A stretch of DNA of 64,000 nucleotides from Diplonema japonicum (GCA_964019335.1 OZ025656.1:372001-436000); one strand, 5' to 3'; numbered from the stretch's first letter, positions 16,775-28,288 are shown. The notes: a model not told the origin generated them from the letters alone. Made by a program: numbers and translations.

Positions 16775-17462
16775 TATCGAGAAAAAAATTAATTTATTTA
16801 AAAAAGACTTTTGTTTAAACAAATAGGGAAGAAGACAAGAATACGAAAAAAAACCACAAAGGGTTTTTTTTTTTATCTCTCTATTTTTTTTTTCTGCGAA
16901 TAAAAAAAAAAAGGAAAAGAAAAAAGAAACACAAAAGTAAACGAGAGACCAGGGGGGAAAATGTTGAAAAAAGAGAGAAAACTAAACAGTGCTTTAGTAT
17001 TACTCCCCCCCATTTTTTTTCCTTCCTTCTCTCTCTTTTTTTTTGTCTTTCTTTTCTTTTTCTGTTTTTTTTTTTTAATGCCTGGGAAAAAAAAAAAAAA
17101 AAAAACGAGCGAAATCTTTTTTTTAAAACAAAAAATGGTGTATTCTCCCTGACAATTTCTTCTTTTTATTCTTTTTTTTTCCCCCCTCCCAATACCCTCT
17201 CCTCTTTTTCCATATTTCTTTTATTCCCTTCTTTCTCGGCGTCCTTTCTTTTTTTTTTTAATTGCTAGCTGCTTTGCTGTCTCCATGCTCCGTGAGTAGG
17301 TCTCTCCCTCCTTTCTCTGTCTGCTGACAGTGATCTCCTCATTGTCGTCGTCGTTTTGTAGTGTAGTTCAAGTGGCAGCTCACGACGTTCTGTTTTGTAG
17401 CAAAAAAAAAAAAAAAAAAGCAAAAGTCTTTGTACACACAAAAAAAAAAAAAAAAAAAAAAA

Positions 17463-18602
17463 ATGAAGAAGGCACTTGCATCGCAGAGAAGGACGTTGCT
17501 GAGGACGCCGTTGTACGACTTCCACAAGGAGGCGGGATGCAAGTTTGTGGATTTCGCAGGGTACGAGATGCCTGTTCAGTACAACGGACAGGGTTTGGTG
17601 AAGGAGCACAAGGCAGTGAGGGAGGCAAGCGGTATATTCGACGTATCCCACATGGGGCAGTGGGTCATCCGCGGTGCCGACAGGGCAAGGTTCTTGGAAT
17701 GGGCCACACCCATCGACCTCGAGAAGCTTGACAACGGCACCGGCAGCCTCACCGTCATCACCGCCGCAGACGGTGGTATCATCGATGACACTGTAGTGGT
17801 GAAGAATGAAGGGGAATTCCACATGGTGGTCAACGCAGGGTGCCAGGACAAGGACTACCGTCACTTCGAGAGTCTCAAAGAGCAGTTCGACGGTGAGGTC
17901 TTCATAGAGAAGCTCGACAAAGGCTTGATCGCACTGCAGGGACCGCAGGCAATGGCACAACTCCAGAAACTAGGCGACGTTCCTAACATCCCTTTCATGG
18001 CACAGGCCACTGTGACCATTCTCGGTGAAGACATGACAGTAACACGCTGTGGGTACACCGGCGAGGATGGGTTCGAGATCAGCTGCTCTCTCGAGAAGAT
18101 CACAGAGCTTGCCGCTACACTTCACCAAAACGGTGTTGCCCTAGCAGGGCTTGGTGCAAGGGACACCCTCCGTCTCGAAGCCGGTCTGTGTCTTTACGGA
18201 AACGACATCACAGAGTCCACCACACCTATTGAAGCAAGCCTTGCATGGTTGATCTCTGCTAGGAGAAGGGAAGCCGCGAATTTCATGGGTGCTGACAGGA
18301 TCATGACCCACCTTAAAGCGAAGCCCAAGGAAGACGGTGCTTTCAAGCAGAAGAGGGTTTCCTTTGTGGTTTCCGGTCCTCCTGCTAGGCAGGGGTCTAA
18401 GATCTTTACAGAGGACGATAAGGAGGTGGGTGTAGTTACCTCTGGTACATTCAGCCCTACCCTTGGCACGAAGATCGCGATGGGTTACGTTAACCGAAAC
18501 CTTCAGAAGGCGGGCACCAAGCTCATGGTCGAGGTCCGTAACAAGCGCAACCCCATCGAAGTGGTTAAGGCGCCGTTTGTCCCTCACAATTACGCTAAGT
18601 AG
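17463..18602 (+). CDS. gcvT: Glycine cleavage system T protein (aminomethyltransferase), mitochondrial
   Basis: RTPLYDFH, FAGYEMPVQY, FDVSHMGQ, TRCGYTGEDGFEIS, GLGARDTLRLEAGLCLYG. Confidence 0.97.
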   Translation: MKKALASQRRTLLRTPLYDFHKEAGCKFVDFAGYEMPVQYNGQGLVKEHKAVREASGIFDVSHMGQWVIRGADRARFLEWATPIDLEKLDNGTGSLTVITAADGGIIDDTVVVKNEGEFHMVVNAGCQDKDYRHFESLKEQFDGEVFIEKLDKGLIALQGPQAMAQLQKLGDVPNIPFMAQATVTILGEDMTVTRCGYTGEDGFEISCSLEKITELAATLHQNGVALAGLGARDTLRLEAGLCLYGNDITESTTPIEASLAWLISARRREAANFMGADRIMTHLKAKPKEDGAFKQKRVSFVVSGPPARQGSKIFTEDDKEVGVVTSGTFSPTLGTKIAMGYVNRNLQKAGTKLMVEVRNKRNPIEVVKAPFVPHNYAK

Positions 18603-19175
18603 AGGGGAGGAAGAGAAAAAGAGAAAACAAAAGAGGGGGGAAAAAAAAGAGAGAAAAAAAAAAGACGATAAGTTCCTTTTACAGGAGATATCTTTTTTTT
18701 TTTTTTGTTTCGTGAAAAATTCCCTCCCTTCCCTCCCCCGTTTTATCAGACCCATGGTTTGAAATGAAAGAAAAAAGGGGGGGGGTGAAAAAGAAATATG
18801 TATGAAGAAAGCAATATAAGTGTATCAATTGGCTCTTTTTTTTTATTGTGTGGGGGAAAAAAAAAATAATGGAGGCCTTATTTTTCTTTTTTTTTTCGGA
18901 GGTGTAACAAGCCCCAGCCCATCCCCAGGTGAGTAATGTGTGGAAGCCCTTTCTGTTGTGTTGACAATGAGCGGGCAGGGGCCGGACAGCGGAACAGGGG
19001 TCGTGACCCTGTGAAGCTTGACGGCCTTCACTGTCGTGAAACTACACAGGCAGAGGGGTTGCACGCATATTCGTCTACTTTAAAAAAAACTTTCATTTTT
19101 CCTCCGAGTACCCCCCACTATTTCCACCCCCTTCCTTTACCAACGAAAAAAAAAAACAGGAAACAAAAAAAAAAA

Positions 19176-19406
19176 ATGCCTAGTGTTGCGGTTACCGTAT
19201 TGGCCATATTACACATCCTGGCCCTTGCGCTAGTCATTTGCATTGGTGGGTACTACTGCGTGACAGGAAGGATACCCACATGGCTGCAAACAGAGGAAGA
19301 GAAGAAAAAGGAGCAAGACGAAAAGGACGCGTATTTAGAAGCAGAGGTGGAACGTGCAGAGCGGAGTGGGGTTAGCGAAGTCCATAGGAGGATATCCGTA
19401 ACCTAA
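19176..19406 (+). CDS. Small single-pass membrane protein, hypothetical (76 aa)
   Basis: ATG directly after an A-tract, as in neighbouring genes. Hydrophobic N-terminal helix followed by a charged tail. Confidence 0.55.
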   Translation: MPSVAVTVLAILHILALALVICIGGYYCVTGRIPTWLQTEEEKKKEQDEKDAYLEAEVERAERSGVSEVHRRISVT

Positions 19407-19482
19407 GTAGTAAGAAAGAGCAGTATTTAACACATTATTCACCCCCCTCCCCCCCATCTTCACAAGGCATCCCAACAGACCT

Positions 19483-20754
19483 ATGGGACCCCTTCCATGC
19501 ACAAGTTACGGTTTTGCCGATGCCGATGCTGACCTGCTGGAAGTGGCTCGCCTAGAGGCAAAGCTGCATCACCAAGAGGGACGGCTGCGGCTGCGACAAG
19601 AGGCAGTGAAAACACAGAATAATGATCCATGTGCCGTGTTAGGGTACAAACCCCTTAAGCTGCCTCTTAAACAAGTCTACCGCCAGTGCCACGAGGAGTT
19701 GGTGCAAGAAACTATCCAAGAACAGAACCTTGAGGCCGACCGCCTGACTGCAATTGCCGCAGAAGAGGAACAAGCCAGAAAGACCGAAGCGCAGCGGGCA
19801 CGTTTCAAGCAAGACACCCAGGAACGTGACACGGAACGGAAGAACAGAACACTTGACAAAATAACCCGAGACGAGGCTGCCGTGAGGGCCATGCGCAGGG
19901 GGGAGCAGGAGCAGGAGAAGAAGCCGGTCCACGCTGTCGAGGACCCTCAGCCTCAGGTCAGGGAACTCGAGAACCGCGTCGCGGAACTGCTCTACACCTG
20001 CAGCAAGAAACTGTCACCCCTAGAACTGCGGATACGCACGCTACGGAAGGAACGTGAGAAGGAAAGAGCACTACAAAAAACACTGCCCCCACCGCCGCCT
20101 TGCAAACATGCTCCCGAACCATCAGAAGAACTATTAGAAGAAAAAAGACCATCCCTCACCCACGTCAAGGCCCTGCTGAGCCTTGCCAATCCGGTGTGCC
20201 ACCCGTGGGCGCACTGTCTGTCTGGCGTGCAGTGCGAGGCATGGCCCACAACTGTGGGCCTGTGGCAGGGGCGTAAGAGGGTACCTCATAAAGTGAAGCA
20301 AGGCGTGAACACTTATAAGTGCAGGCAATGTGTGATGTTTTCTGACGAAGGGAGCAAGCACTGCCACCTGAGCAACCTATGGAAGGCATGTATCACCATC
20401 AAAGGCGAGCAATGGGACACAGTGGCGCACTACTACCATTCCATGAAGTACTCGGGGACGGAGTGGGAGGGTGTGGTCAAGGCAGCAGAGGATCCTCGTT
20501 CTGCGGCATCGATGGCTACACGCCCCTTCCGCCACGACTGGGCAGTCGTTAAGCTCCCCATCATGAGGGAGGCACTGCAGGCCAAGTACTCCCAACACAC
20601 AGACCTCGCCGCTCAACTTAGAAACACGCACCCCCGAACCCTGCTGTATGTAGGGCCCAGCGACGCGTACTGGGGGATCACACCCGATGGGCAGGGGTGC
20701 AACAAGGTAGGCACCATACTTCAGGATTTACGAAGCAGACTTATGTCTCGCTAG
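19483..20754 (+). CDS. Coiled-coil protein with C-terminal NADAR (YbiA-like) domain
   Basis: LSNLW...HYYHSMKY...RHDWAVVKLPIMREALQAKYSQH.DL...DAYWG...GCNKVGTILQDLR. Confidence 0.85.
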   Translation: MGPLPCTSYGFADADADLLEVARLEAKLHHQEGRLRLRQEAVKTQNNDPCAVLGYKPLKLPLKQVYRQCHEELVQETIQEQNLEADRLTAIAAEEEQARKTEAQRARFKQDTQERDTERKNRTLDKITRDEAAVRAMRRGEQEQEKKPVHAVEDPQPQVRELENRVAELLYTCSKKLSPLELRIRTLRKEREKERALQKTLPPPPPCKHAPEPSEELLEEKRPSLTHVKALLSLANPVCHPWAHCLSGVQCEAWPTTVGLWQGRKRVPHKVKQGVNTYKCRQCVMFSDEGSKHCHLSNLWKACITIKGEQWDTVAHYYHSMKYSGTEWEGVVKAAEDPRSAASMATRPFRHDWAVVKLPIMREALQAKYSQHTDLAAQLRNTHPRTLLYVGPSDAYWGITPDGQGCNKVGTILQDLRSRLMSR

Positions 20755-20879
20755 TTGTACATTACACGTCCCTCATGGGCACCGCTCCTCCCCCCTTCTC
20801 CTTTTCATTTGTATCGTTCACCCTGTGTTGTAGTTTCTTTCTGAATGCCTCAATACCTCCAGGGCATATCCTTGCCAAG

Positions 20880-21959
20880 ATGAGAATCAGTTGGTTAGCA
20901 AAACGGTGGACCTCCGGAGTGCCCAAGAGGACCGGTACCGACTTTGTGGTAGGGCGCAGGGTATGTGTGGAATGGGAGGACTCGGACCCGTTGTTAAGAT
21001 TGCGGAGACGGGCAAAACTGAGGTGGGTGCAATCACCGGAGAAGATACTTGTGGTGAAGAAGTGGAAGTGCGCATCAACAACAAAGGCGGCATCCTTTGT
21101 GATCACGTGGCTCAAGGCAAGGGGGTTGGAAGTCCTTGTCGAGGAATCGTGTGTAGATGACTTCCCGAGCTTGGTTGTGAAAGGCACAAAATGCAATTCC
21201 TCTGAACAGATAGACCTTGTGGTTGTTCTTGGTGGCGACGGGACGCTCCTGCACGCGTCAAGGTTGTTCTCCACCCGCGCGCATGGCCCGCTTCCACCAT
21301 GCGTCACATTCGGGCTTGGTTCCTTGGGCTTCATGGCGAACTTTTCCTTCGATAAATGGACCGCGGTAATGGAGAAGATAATCAAAACAGAGACACACTT
21401 GCATGCTACTCTGAGAACCCGGCTCCTATGCGAGCTGAAAGATCAGAACCAAGAGGTCATCCATGCTCAGAAGGTTTTGAACGATCTAGTGGTTTGCCAG
21501 CCAACAGGGTCTGGAGGGATAGGGAAGTTTATGTTATTCATCGATAATCATTACATCACCCTGATAGAAGGTGATGGTGTCATTGTGAGCACGCCTTCGG
21601 GCAGCACGGGGTACAACATGTCATGTGGTGGTGCGATGGTGGCGCCCAGTGTGCCTGCTATTTTGTTGACCCCAGTTGCACCGTCGTCGTTGTCCTTCCG
21701 GCCTATTCTTATCAACGAGCAGTCTGTTGTCGAAATTGTGTTGCCTGGCAAGACACGGGCAAAGAGTGCACAAGGTGTTTGCGATGGTAGAAGAATTCCC
21801 GACCTCCTTCCTGGGCACCGCGTTTCTGTCACCACTTCAAAGTTCCCCCTTCCTGTTATCAATCTGCAACAGTTGGACCACGACTGGTTGGACGGCATCA
21901 CCAACAAGTTGAAATGGAATCAGCGTGGTGCCAGCCAAAGCGATGACGACTATTCTTAA
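20880..21959 (+). CDS. NADK: NAD(H) kinase, probably mitochondrial
   Basis: LGGDGTLL, GSLGF, VLND, GDGVIVSTPSGSTGY, SLSFRP. Basic N-terminus. Confidence 0.93.
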   Translation: MRISWLAKRWTSGVPKRTGTDFVVGRRVCVEWEDSDPLLRLRRRAKLRWVQSPEKILVVKKWKCASTTKAASFVITWLKARGLEVLVEESCVDDFPSLVVKGTKCNSSEQIDLVVVLGGDGTLLHASRLFSTRAHGPLPPCVTFGLGSLGFMANFSFDKWTAVMEKIIKTETHLHATLRTRLLCELKDQNQEVIHAQKVLNDLVVCQPTGSGGIGKFMLFIDNHYITLIEGDGVIVSTPSGSTGYNMSCGGAMVAPSVPAILLTPVAPSSLSFRPILINEQSVVEIVLPGKTRAKSAQGVCDGRRIPDLLPGHRVSVTTSKFPLPVINLQQLDHDWLDGITNKLKWNQRGASQSDDDYS

Positions 21960-22540
21960 GAAGAAAACCAAAAAAAAATAAAAAGTAAAAAACGTTTTCG
22001 TTTAAAAAAAGAAGAAAAAAAAAAGGTTTTTCCTTTCGGTTTCCATCTGTAAATGAATCGGGGGGGGGGGGGGGGGGGGGGAATACAAGTAAGAAAAAAT
22101 GGGGTGGGGTGGGGTTGGGGGAAACGTACCTGTTATGTTGTTTAGCGATTTTTCTTTCTTTTTTTTTTTTTTTATATATTACTGTAAAGCAAACAAATTC
22201 CGCAAAGAAAAAGGCCGAGAAAGGAAAACCGCCCGGAAATTTCAGTATTATCCCTTTTTTTTTTAAAAAATATTTTTTGTGCCCCATTCTTTTTTTTCTT
22301 TTCCCTACGGGTCGTTGCCAACAACTTCTCTCCATTTTTTTTTTTTTTTTTTTTTTTTTTCCCATAGTGATTTCTTTTTTCTATTGTTTCCACAGAAAAA
22401 AAAGCGGGTCAAAAAAAAAAAAAAAAGAAAAAGGTAGAAAAACGAAAAAAAACAAAAGAGGATTTTGTATTTTTTTCTTTGAAACCATCACTCTTTAGAA
22501 CACCGTTCACGAATTCTAAAGGAAAGAGGGGGGAAAAAAA

Positions 22541-25500
22541 ATGAGTGCAGAAGACAGGGAAGAAGAGGACATATCCCTGCCCGCAAGCGGTTCGCATTTT
22601 AAGGCGGAACACAGAACGGAAATTATCGAGATTCTGAATGAGATAAAGACAGGCGGAGAGAAAGCACATGCTGAAGGAAAGCTGAACTTCAAGAGAGCGA
22701 AGGAGATTCTTGAGGAATACCAGGAACAAGGTGTACTCCTGCGCACTGTCCTTCCGGAGTTCGCAGGACTCATTGCAGAGTGTTTCTGGGAAAAGGCTTT
22801 GGAGGACAAGGAGGCGGTGTTGACACGCTTCGGTGACAGCGACATTAGTGAAATCCTCAAATGCCAGGCGCCTTTGGAGGACGAAGATGATGACAAAACA
22901 TACCTCCATGAGGTAGCTGTTCTGGCCTACGTCCTTGCGAAGGTGGTGGGGCCCAAAAATCTTATTGCACACCTTCCCCACGATGTGCGCCAGTTCGAGT
23001 ATGCTTTCTACTACCTGATGTACAGCACATCCCACCACGCACAGCGAACGTGGGAGATACGCTACTTTTTGATGCTCTGGATGACGAATACTGTGCTGGT
23101 CCCCTTCGACCTCTCCTCTATCGACTCTGGCATGCACGACACCATGTCCCTCACAAGGCTTCTCGTCGAGGTAGCTCAGTACTGCCTCCAACAACCTGGA
23201 AAGGTACGCGACATGGGCGCTCTCTTCGTCTCCCGTCTGCTCACCAGACCCGACCTCGCCAGCTCCGAGCACCTCCCCAACTTCCTAAAATGGTGTGCCG
23301 CTTGCCTGCAGGTCACCGACGACGACACCGCCACCTTCGGCCAGGTGGGTGCTCTCAGTGCTATCGCTGGAATACTTAAGTTCGGGAAGCGCGACGAGCT
23401 GATCAACCATCTCGACCTCATAGCTGCGACGCTCACCCAGGACCACCTCGCAGAGACGAAGAACATGCTTGTCAGCAAGACACTTGTCAAGGCCGTCCAA
23501 CGCTTGGGGCTTTCCTACCTGAAGCCGCGCATCGTGGCGTGGCGGTACCAACGAGGCATGCGGTCCCTGCTGGACAACCTACATGGCAAACAAGGGAAAG
23601 ACGCCGCCTCTGTCACTAGCCTGGATGAGGGCTTTCAAGACGAGTTTGCACCCGAGGAGCTGGAACCCATCATTGGTGTGCTGCTGGAGGCTCTGAAGAA
23701 CCAGGACACAATCGTGAGATGGAGTGGAGCGAAGGGCATCGGACGCATTGCGGCCAGGCTGGACAAGCCCGATGCAGACGATGTCGTGAACGCGGTGCTG
23801 GGATTGTTCGATTTGTATGAAGACAGCAACGGGTGGCATGGGGGGTGTTTAGCACTCGCAGAGCTAGCAAGAAGGGGGCTGCTACTGCCCTCTTTGTTTG
23901 AGAAGATCATCCCCGTAACGCTGCAAGCACTGCGGTATGAGGTGTCAAAGGGGACATACAGTGTCGGGAGGCACGTTAGGGACGCTGGGTGCTACGTGTG
24001 CTGGGCGTTCGCAAGGGCCTACGCCCCTGCCGACATCGCGATCTATGCTGAACGAATGGCAGCGTCGTTGCTGTCGGCTGCCTGCTTTGACAAGGAGATC
24101 TCTGTGAGAAGAGCGGCTGCAGCTGCTTTCCAAGAGTGCATTGGCAGACTTGGGAACTTCCCGCATGGCATCGACATCGTGACGCGGGCTGACTACTTCA
24201 CACTGTCGAACAGGAAAAGGGCGTACTTGCAGGTCGCACCTGTTGTGGCCGCCTTCGACGTCAGGTACCACAACCACTTCGCAGCGTTCCTGACAGAGAA
24301 CAGGCTGGTTCACCACGACAGGGATGTGCGCCAACTTGCCTCCAAAGCCCTTGGCGAGCTCTCTGCGGCAGAAAACGCTGACAATGTCATTGTGAATAAG
24401 CACCTCCCCGACCTCCTGAAGCTTGCCCTGAGCACAGGGTCCAGCGACGCACGCCACGGTGCTGTGCTCGGTGTTGCCGAAATATTGTGTGTCTCATCTA
24501 AGAGTATCTCCAAGGACTGCATGCTTGATATCGTGCAACTGATGCCTAGAATTGAGGGCGCTAGATTATACCGTGGAAGGGGCGGTGAGTACATCAGGAT
24601 AGCGGTGTGCCGCCTCATCGAGACACTGTCACTTGCTGGCATCGACCTTCCCGAAACGATAGAGGTGAAGACTGTTAAGGGGTTTGCAAAGGCAAAGACG
24701 CTTGGGAGGTACCAGCAGTGTCTGGACGAGAACCTGTGCCAGACGCTAGAGGAGGTGCAACAGGCGGGTTCGCGTGCTTTCTCAGCATTTTCAAACAGAT
24801 ACTTCGCAACGTACAACGAGGCGTTCCACGGGAAGATCACGAGCAAGCAGCTTGCCCTGCTCGATGTGTCGAAGCTGCCGAACGAGCGAAGAGGCGCAGC
24901 ACTGGCTTTGGGCGAGATGCCGTACTTCGCGGAGACACACGAGAAGGTTTTAAGAGGGCTCATGGCGTGCGTCCCTATTGAAGAAAACCCTGACGTGCGT
25001 GATGCTGAGAGCCGCCGCAATGCCTGCCACTCGTTAGCGAACGTGGTGAAACGCGAGGCCACGCTTACTGACGAGGTCTTCGCAATATTAGAAAAAGCGA
25101 CGACCGACTACACGATCGACCAACGAGGAGATGTAGGCTCCATGGTGCGCATCGCAGCGATGCAGGGCCTTGCCAAGCTCGCTCTTGCTGTAAAGGAACG
25201 AGGCGAGCTGACATCGAAGTACACAACGCGTCTCCTCTGTGCGCTGCTGCGACAGTCGACAGAGAAGCTTGACAAAGTACGAGCGGTGGCTGGGGGCCTG
25301 CTGCATGATCTATGCCACGAGAGCAAGGTGACGGAACTCCTCGACGATGCAGAAGAGGCAACTAAAGTACTGAATGCAGTGGCGGGGGGCGTGACGGACT
25401 GGGGCGCACCATTGGAAACATTCCCGCGAATCACACCATTGCTGACATGCAGCTCGGTGAGAAGGGCTGTCCTCGATGGTGTGGTTGTGGCGGCAGGTGG

Positions 25501-26146
25501 GATGAGCGTCCACGTTTCACGGCCCGCGTTTGAGTCACTCACCACATACTTAGAAACAAACAAGAATGACGCGGAATGGGTGGGAACTGGCATAGCGGAC
25601 ATCCTGAAAGAGAACACTGGCGACGAAAGAGTAGTCCTTCCCGTTCTGGGGACAGCTGAAAAACTCCTGACACTAGGAATGGTACCGAGCCCTGCAGGTG
25701 TCAAGATCTCCGAGGTGTTACGGGCAGAGGTCAAAAGGTGGCCGAAGGAGATCCACATCCTTCTTGCTTCGATAGAGGTCCTCTGCGGCTTGGTGTGCAT
25801 CGTTGAGGAGAGTAACGTCGACGCTCTGCTGCAGTGCCTCCTCATCCTCATTGCTGGGCGATTCCCCAAGGTGCGAGCTAAGACCGCAGCCGCGTTATAC
25901 ACTACGTTATTGGTGAGCCCTCATATTGGTTCGGACAATGCTGGCGCACAGAATCACCTGGCCTCTGAACAGTGGGACGCCCCCTCTGCTGAGAAGGTTC
26001 GCTCTGCCCGGGACAAGCTCTACCCTATGTTCAACCTCACGAAACCTGTCATGAAAGCTGCCCCAAAAGCTGCCCCAAAACAATCCACTCCTTTGCCAGA
26101 CGCAAACGCCAATTACAGTTCCCTGGTGAGGGACGCTGGGTACTAG
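22541..26146 (+). CDS. TBCD: Tubulin-specific chaperone D
   Basis: DTIVRWSGAKGIGRI, WHGGCLALAELARRGLL, VRDAGCYVCWAFARAY, DYTIDQRGDVGSMVR; ends YSSLVRDAGY. Confidence 0.96.
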   Translation: MSAEDREEEDISLPASGSHFKAEHRTEIIEILNEIKTGGEKAHAEGKLNFKRAKEILEEYQEQGVLLRTVLPEFAGLIAECFWEKALEDKEAVLTRFGDSDISEILKCQAPLEDEDDDKTYLHEVAVLAYVLAKVVGPKNLIAHLPHDVRQFEYAFYYLMYSTSHHAQRTWEIRYFLMLWMTNTVLVPFDLSSIDSGMHDTMSLTRLLVEVAQYCLQQPGKVRDMGALFVSRLLTRPDLASSEHLPNFLKWCAACLQVTDDDTATFGQVGALSAIAGILKFGKRDELINHLDLIAATLTQDHLAETKNMLVSKTLVKAVQRLGLSYLKPRIVAWRYQRGMRSLLDNLHGKQGKDAASVTSLDEGFQDEFAPEELEPIIGVLLEALKNQDTIVRWSGAKGIGRIAARLDKPDADDVVNAVLGLFDLYEDSNGWHGGCLALAELARRGLLLPSLFEKIIPVTLQALRYEVSKGTYSVGRHVRDAGCYVCWAFARAYAPADIAIYAERMAASLLSAACFDKEISVRRAAAAAFQECIGRLGNFPHGIDIVTRADYFTLSNRKRAYLQVAPVVAAFDVRYHNHFAAFLTENRLVHHDRDVRQLASKALGELSAAENADNVIVNKHLPDLLKLALSTGSSDARHGAVLGVAEILCVSSKSISKDCMLDIVQLMPRIEGARLYRGRGGEYIRIAVCRLIETLSLAGIDLPETIEVKTVKGFAKAKTLGRYQQCLDENLCQTLEEVQQAGSRAFSAFSNRYFATYNEAFHGKITSKQLALLDVSKLPNERRGAALALGEMPYFAETHEKVLRGLMACVPIEENPDVRDAESRRNACHSLANVVKREATLTDEVFAILEKATTDYTIDQRGDVGSMVRIAAMQGLAKLALAVKERGELTSKYTTRLLCALLRQSTEKLDKVRAVAGGLLHDLCHESKVTELLDDAEEATKVLNAVAGGVTDWGAPLETFPRITPLLTCSSVRRAVLDGVVVAAGGMSVHVSRPAFESLTTYLETNKNDAEWVGTGIADILKENTGDERVVLPVLGTAEKLLTLGMVPSPAGVKISEVLRAEVKRWPKEIHILLASIEVLCGLVCIVEESNVDALLQCLLILIAGRFPKVRAKTAAALYTTLLVSPHIGSDNAGAQNHLASEQWDAPSAEKVRSARDKLYPMFNLTKPVMKAAPKAAPKQSTPLPDANANYSSLVRDAGY

Positions 26147-26501
26147 TTTATTTCTTCATCTTTTTTTAAAAAAAAATAACTTTTAATGTTTCCCTTGCCC
26201 CCCGAGAAGGAGAGAAGAACAAAAAAAAACAAAAAAAAAAAAACAGAAAAAAAAGAGAAGCGAAAACAGTGTCCCCTCCTCTTCTCCTTTTACAACCTTA
26301 TTATATTTGATTCTCACTTTCTTAGTTTTTTTTTTTCTCCCCTAAAGCACCAACTGAGCAACAAAAAGAAAAATCATTTTCTCTCTTTCGTTTTTTTGTT
26401 TTTGTTTTTTTCACGCTTCCCCCCCCCCCCCCCCCAATCTTAGATTTTATTTCAAACCTTTTGTGTAGAAAAATGTGGATCATGTCAGTTCTTTTTTAAG
26501 G

Positions 26502-27239
26502 ATGTTACTTAATCCACATGCTGAGCTCAACTTCGACACTGTCAGTGCGCCGAGGAGGTTTGAGAGGCTAAACAAGAAAAAACCAAGGGATAGGAGCGGA
26601 GTATGGGGGTACTGCAAGGCTTTTACAGCACCTGCAAAACATAGGGGCGTTGCGATGCGAGAAACGTTGAGCAGGCCTCAAGAGGCGGCGGCGGTGGAAC
26701 GGTTATACAAAATACCGGTGGAAACGTTCAGAAAAAAACGAGAAGAGAGGGAAAAGGAAGTGATGAGAGCCGTGAGGAGCATCGTGAGGATTCCGAAGGA
26801 AAAGAACCCTCAAGACGCGGTGCGTGTGGCAACGATTCTGTATTATAATGAGATCGAGGAACGAAAAGAGAAGGAAGCAAAATATCTGGAAAAGGTGCAG
26901 AAAGAAGAAAGTGTTTCTACAGCCAAAACCCGTTCTCTTTACAGAGAAGAACTCACGGAGCTTATCGGTAGGCTGCACACTGCCAGCATCCGCGACAGGC
27001 CCGACAAACTCCGACACTGGGATACAAAATGGTACGGAAACCCCACCACCGCTAAAAAGCTCACTCCGGATCAGGTTCGGGAGCAAAACACAAAACACAC
27101 CTCACTCCAAACCAAACATTCCGAGCTGCTCAAAAACCTTACACGTAAGTACGGCCCGGTGACCCCGCCCTCCCATGTGTTGCCTCCCTCAGAAGTAACC
27201 GCGATGTTGCAAAGGCTTGGTGCGAACTGGTTATTTTAA
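26502..27239 (+). CDS. Hypothetical protein, basic and helical
   Basis: 245-codon ORF with coding-like composition, preceded by TTTTTTAAG. No family recognised. Confidence 0.6.
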   Translation: MLLNPHAELNFDTVSAPRRFERLNKKKPRDRSGVWGYCKAFTAPAKHRGVAMRETLSRPQEAAAVERLYKIPVETFRKKREEREKEVMRAVRSIVRIPKEKNPQDAVRVATILYYNEIEERKEKEAKYLEKVQKEESVSTAKTRSLYREELTELIGRLHTASIRDRPDKLRHWDTKWYGNPTTAKKLTPDQVREQNTKHTSLQTKHSELLKNLTRKYGPVTPPSHVLPPSEVTAMLQRLGANWLF

Positions 27240-27321
27240 ACTCCTTTCAAAAAAAAAAAAAAGAAAAGAAAAAACACCTCAGGATATCAAAAGAAAAGAG
27301 GAAAACAAAAACAAAAAAAGA

Positions 27322-28191
27322 ATGCCGTTCCACCTTGTGGGTCTTGGCCTCGGTGACGAAAAGGACATCACGTTGAAGGGTTTGGAGTGCGTGAAGAAGT
27401 GCGACATCGTGTACCTCGAGGCTTACACGTCGATCTTGCTGAACCAGAACGTAGGAGAGGCAGCTGGGCTGTCGGAGTTTTACGGAAGAGAGGTAATCGT
27501 AGCAGACAGGGAGGCTGTCGAGAGCGGGGGTGTTCTGGACGAGGCAGTCGAGAAGGACATCGCACTACTTGTCGTGGGCGACCCGTTCGGGGCCACCACG
27601 CACAGTGACCTGGTCTCACGGTGCAAAGAGAAGGACATTCCGTGCAATGTCATCCACAACTCAACCATCATGAGCGCGATCGGCGCCTGTGGGTTGCAGC
27701 TCTACAGATACGGGCAGACAGTCAGTCTTTGCTTCTGGACGGAGACATGGAAGCCAGACTCCTGGTACGACAAGATCCTGGAATCGAAGCGCATTGGCCT
27801 GCACGCTCTCCTCCTCCTCGATATCAAAGTCAAGGAACAGAGCATTGAAAACATGGCCAGGGGTAGGAAGATATACGAGCCCCCCAGGTTCATGACGGTA
27901 GCACAGGCTGCCGAGCAAGTCCTCGAGGTCGCCGCTAACAAATCCTGCGAGTTGATTGGCCCGAAAACCGTCGCCGTGGGCCTTGCCAGAGTAGGCTGCA
28001 GCGACCAGCTCATCATCGCAGGCACTCTTCAGGAGCTGGCCGAGACCGACTTTGGCACCCCCCTTCACTCCATGGTCATCTGCGGCGACATCCACGAGGC
28101 CGAGGAGGAGCACCTGTCAATCTTCTACACCGATTCCCTCAAGAAGGATTACCAAGCGAGGCTTGAAGCCGAGCGTGCGAAACATCAGTAG
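27322..28191 (+). CDS. DPH5: Diphthine methyl ester synthase
   Basis: [58 protein letters not shown]. Confidence 0.97.
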   Translation: MPFHLVGLGLGDEKDITLKGLECVKKCDIVYLEAYTSILLNQNVGEAAGLSEFYGREVIVADREAVESGGVLDEAVEKDIALLVVGDPFGATTHSDLVSRCKEKDIPCNVIHNSTIMSAIGACGLQLYRYGQTVSLCFWTETWKPDSWYDKILESKRIGLHALLLLDIKVKEQSIENMARGRKIYEPPRFMTVAQAAEQVLEVAANKSCELIGPKTVAVGLARVGCSDQLIIAGTLQELAETDFGTPLHSMVICGDIHEAEEEHLSIFYTDSLKKDYQARLEAERAKHQ

Positions 28192-28288
28192 TCACGTCTT
28201 ACTCCTAGCCCCCCCGTTCACAATTTCTTTTTTAAATTTGCGGCTTCTCTTTTTTTTTTTTTCAAATATTTCACATCAGTGGGTGGTG

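Noticed and set aside
18890-18937. Minus-strand ACTCACCTG resembling a U1 snRNA 5' end
   Set aside because: No U1-70K loop or Sm site follows; the sequence runs into an A-tract after about 35 nt.
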